From Nitrospirota bacterium (GTDB taxonomy: Bacteria > Nitrospirota > Thermodesulfovibrionia > Thermodesulfovibrionales > Dissulfurispiraceae), in the NCBI GenBank assembly GCA_963790025.1, contig CAWBMP010000004.1:256001-320000 (forward strand): 64,000 nt of DNA, given 5' to 3'. Numbering within the stretch: position 1 is the stretch's first letter; each line of letters starts with the position of its first letter. The notes under the pieces are model-generated. The model saw nothing but the letters and a program-made list of their open reading frames with translations. It did not search any database and had not been told where the DNA came from. A program made the translations under genes and the position numbers. This document shows positions 62,057 through 64,000 of this stretch, one piece after another.

Positions 62057-62493
62057 AGTTGCAGAAATAGATTGGTCATCAATCCAGCCGCGGCATCATC
62101 GAGCATAACACCCATCCCTCCGCTTACCGCCCGCTCAATACTTCTGATCGGAGACGGCTTTAGTATATCGAAAACCCTGAACAAAAAAAAGGCCGCAATC
62201 AAATAGCCAGCTGTATGCGGAAGAGAAAAGACAGAGATCATAAAACCTACAAATTCGTCGATCACAATGCGCCCGCTGTCATGTCCGAAAATGCCTTCGG
62301 CAGCGTGAGCACTTACCGTACCGATTACAAAAACCACAGCAATAAGAGCACCGAGCAGCGGCCTGTCAGGCTTAATAATCAGGATAAATAGCAAGGCCGC
62401 CATGCTGCCGAATGTGCCCGGAGCAAAAGGGATGTAGCCGATAAAAGATACCGTGGCAATAATTTTTATCACAAACCTGAAAAAAGAGTCCAT
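62038..62493 (-). CDS. pgpA: Phosphatidylglycerophosphatase A
   Basis: APGTFGS, DSGRIVIDE, FRVFDILKP, GVMLDD. Confidence 0.92.
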   Translation of the reverse strand: MDSFFRFVIKIIATVSFIGYIPFAPGTFGSMAALLFILIIKPDRPLLGALIAVVFVIGTVSAHAAEGIFGHDSGRIVIDEFVGFMISVFSLPHTAGYLIAAFFLFRVFDILKPSPIRSIERAVSGGMGVMLDDAAAGLMTNLFLQLWRTVA

Positions 62494-62658
62494 TGCGTTG
62501 TATTCTATCATAAAATAGCGGTCAATCTGCAATTTGGAAGGGGAGTACTTGTTTCTTGACGCGATGAAACTACGAAGCAGTAGAGCGCGTGGCATGGCAA
62601 CTATATCGCGTGCCTTCTTCCATTTATATTTATTCTATCTTTCTGTTATAGTTAACAA

Positions 62659-63174
62659 ATGCAGGAAGAATTACTGGAAATTGTTGATAAAGACGGTACC
62701 CCTCTGGGTATCGCCACCCGGTCCTCAATACACGGCAGTCCTTCCCTGCTCCACAAGGTTGTCCATGTACTTGTATTTAACAGCAACGGCGAACTTCTCC
62801 TGCAAAAGCGGTCAATGAGCAAAGACATTGCGCCCGGCAAATGGGACACCTCTGTCGGAGGCCACTTATCGCCCGCCGAAGAGCAGTCTTTGGCAGCTCA
62901 TAGGGAAATGGAGGAGGAACTCGGTGTCGATGCGGACGATCTCATTTTCTTATACTCCTTTATCTATTCCAATACTTATGAGAGCGAGTTTGTTTATACA
63001 TACTACTGCATTAATGACGGCCCGTTTTTATTTAATGCAGAGGAAATAGACGCCATAAGATTCTGGAGTCTGGAAGAGATATGCAGTGCCCTGGGGACCG
63101 GCATTTTCAGCGGTCATTTCGAGGCTGAATTTATGAAGTATTTAGAATTTATCCAGCAGAAACATCAAAAGTAG
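62659..63174 (+). CDS. NUDIX hydrolase (IDI/YfcD-like)
   Basis: [29 protein letters not shown]. Confidence 0.88.
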   Translation: MQEELLEIVDKDGTPLGIATRSSIHGSPSLLHKVVHVLVFNSNGELLLQKRSMSKDIAPGKWDTSVGGHLSPAEEQSLAAHREMEEELGVDADDLIFLYSFIYSNTYESEFVYTYYCINDGPFLFNAEEIDAIRFWSLEEICSALGTGIFSGHFEAEFMKYLEFIQQKHQK

Positions 63175-63185
63175 GTAAGATTGCC

Positions 63186-63389
63186 GTGAAACGCGTGGTT
63201 TTCAATCAAAAAGGTGGCGTCGGCAAGAGTACGATCGCTTGCAACCTGGCAGCCATTGCTGCGACGCGCGGTGCACGCACGCTGGTGGTCGATCTCGACC
63301 CCCGCCGCAAACTGACCGACGAGTTCAGTCCGCTGTTCGATGCTATTATGCAAGGGCGAGAAGCAACCAGGAAAAAGAAAAGCGCCTGA
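63186..63389 (+). pseudogene. ParA-family ATPase remnant with internal deletion
   Basis: [11 protein letters not shown]alker A and VVDLDP, then directly a C-terminal-like RRKLTDEF segment; only 67 aa. Confidence 0.7.
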
Positions 63390-63409
63390 TCCGAGTAGTG
63401 GTTCCGGTA

Positions 63410-64000
63410 CTACTTCACCACTGTTGCCATGTGCAGCACCTGCACCGGAATAGTTACACCGATTTTTTTTGCGGTCGTAATGTTCACCAGGAGATGAAAA
63501 CGTTCAGGACGGCTGGAGGGTATCTCATCCGGTTTCTTTCCATCAAGAATAGCCAGTGTTTTGACAGCAGCCATTCTCCCTAATTCTTTGTAGTCCGGGC
63601 CTATTCCCATAAAGGCCTTGGAATCACTCACCATTTCCGGGAGTGAGGCAACAGTAGGAATATGATGATCGTTTAGCTGCGGAATAATAATTTTCCCCCT
63701 GGACATGATAAAAGAATCAGCCGGAAAAAGCACTGCATCTAATTTTTCATTAAAAGCCTTCTGAACAGCAATGGGTATTGCCTTGTCGTCCTCAACAGGA
63801 ATAGGTATTAATGTATAATTATAGTCATCCTGAAATAACAACACTTCGGTAAGCTGAACTGCCGCATTCGGCTCCCTCGGGTTGTACATAAAGCCAAGGC
63901 GGTCAATGCGCAACACCTTGCGCATAGTGGTAAAAAGTCTTTCTATTGTAACGGCATTAGAAACCCCAGTCAAGTTGTTGCCTGAATGTCCCCAACTCTT
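63410..64000 (-). CDS. ABC transporter substrate-binding-like protein (partial, 5' end beyond window)
   Basis: TGVS, YNPREPN, DYKELGRMAA, ILDGKKPDEIP, VNITTAKKIGVTIP. Confidence 0.8.
   Translation of the reverse strand, partial: KSWGHSGNNLTGVSNAVTIERLFTTMRKVLRIDRLGFMYNPREPNAAVQLTEVLLFQDDYNYTLIPIPVEDDKAIPIAVQKAFNEKLDAVLFPADSFIMSRGKIIIPQLNDHHIPTVASLPEMVSDSKAFMGIGPDYKELGRMAAVKTLAILDGKKPDEIPSSRPERFHLLVNITTAKKIGVTIPVQVLHMATVVK

Noticed and set aside
61445..62493. Absence of cinA from the pgpA-thpR-recA-recX-alaS cluster
   Set aside because: A common gene-order variant; no remnant is visible.

Overview
A 64-kb bacterial chromosomal window of roughly 45-50% GC. Gene content suggests an anaerobe of the Nitrospirota/Thermodesulfovibrionia or deltaproteobacterial type (inference only). 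The left ~23 kb is an accessory signalling and surface-protein island. It carries a partial GAF (HD-GYP-type) gene, a CHASE2 class III adenylate cyclase, and a cNMP/degenerate-AAA+/Fe-S membrane protein. These are followed by an acetyl-CoA hydrolase-GNAT fusion, a TpsB transporter, an RHH-CRP fusion, two tandemly duplicated TpsA adhesins, an overlapping FecR gene, a metallo-beta-lactamase-fold hydrolase and an aspartic protease. Each tpsA gene has an upstream TGTAA-N6-TTACA box at class II (-41.5) spacing from a -10 hexamer. The rest is mostly housekeeping or metabolic: GGDEF protein, hybrid kinase, hemE with an ahbD-like gene, hflX, an M1-ChaN-PDZ fusion, rlmI, patatin, a NuoEF-like gene with a selenocysteine formate dehydrogenase, hpt, queD, pmbA, cydAB-rrf2, ubiB-like, alaS, recX-recA-thpR-pgpA. 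Three non-coding highlights stand out. First, a promoter- and terminator-bounded ~235-nt structured RNA candidate at 39.1-39.35 kb is preceded by half a c-di-GMP-I-like aptamer and followed by a MITE. Second, a family of intergenic hairpins is built from tandem 6-7-mers with different unit sequences. Third, rlmI contains an in-frame palindromic insertion. All calls come from reading the sequence; no database searches were run.
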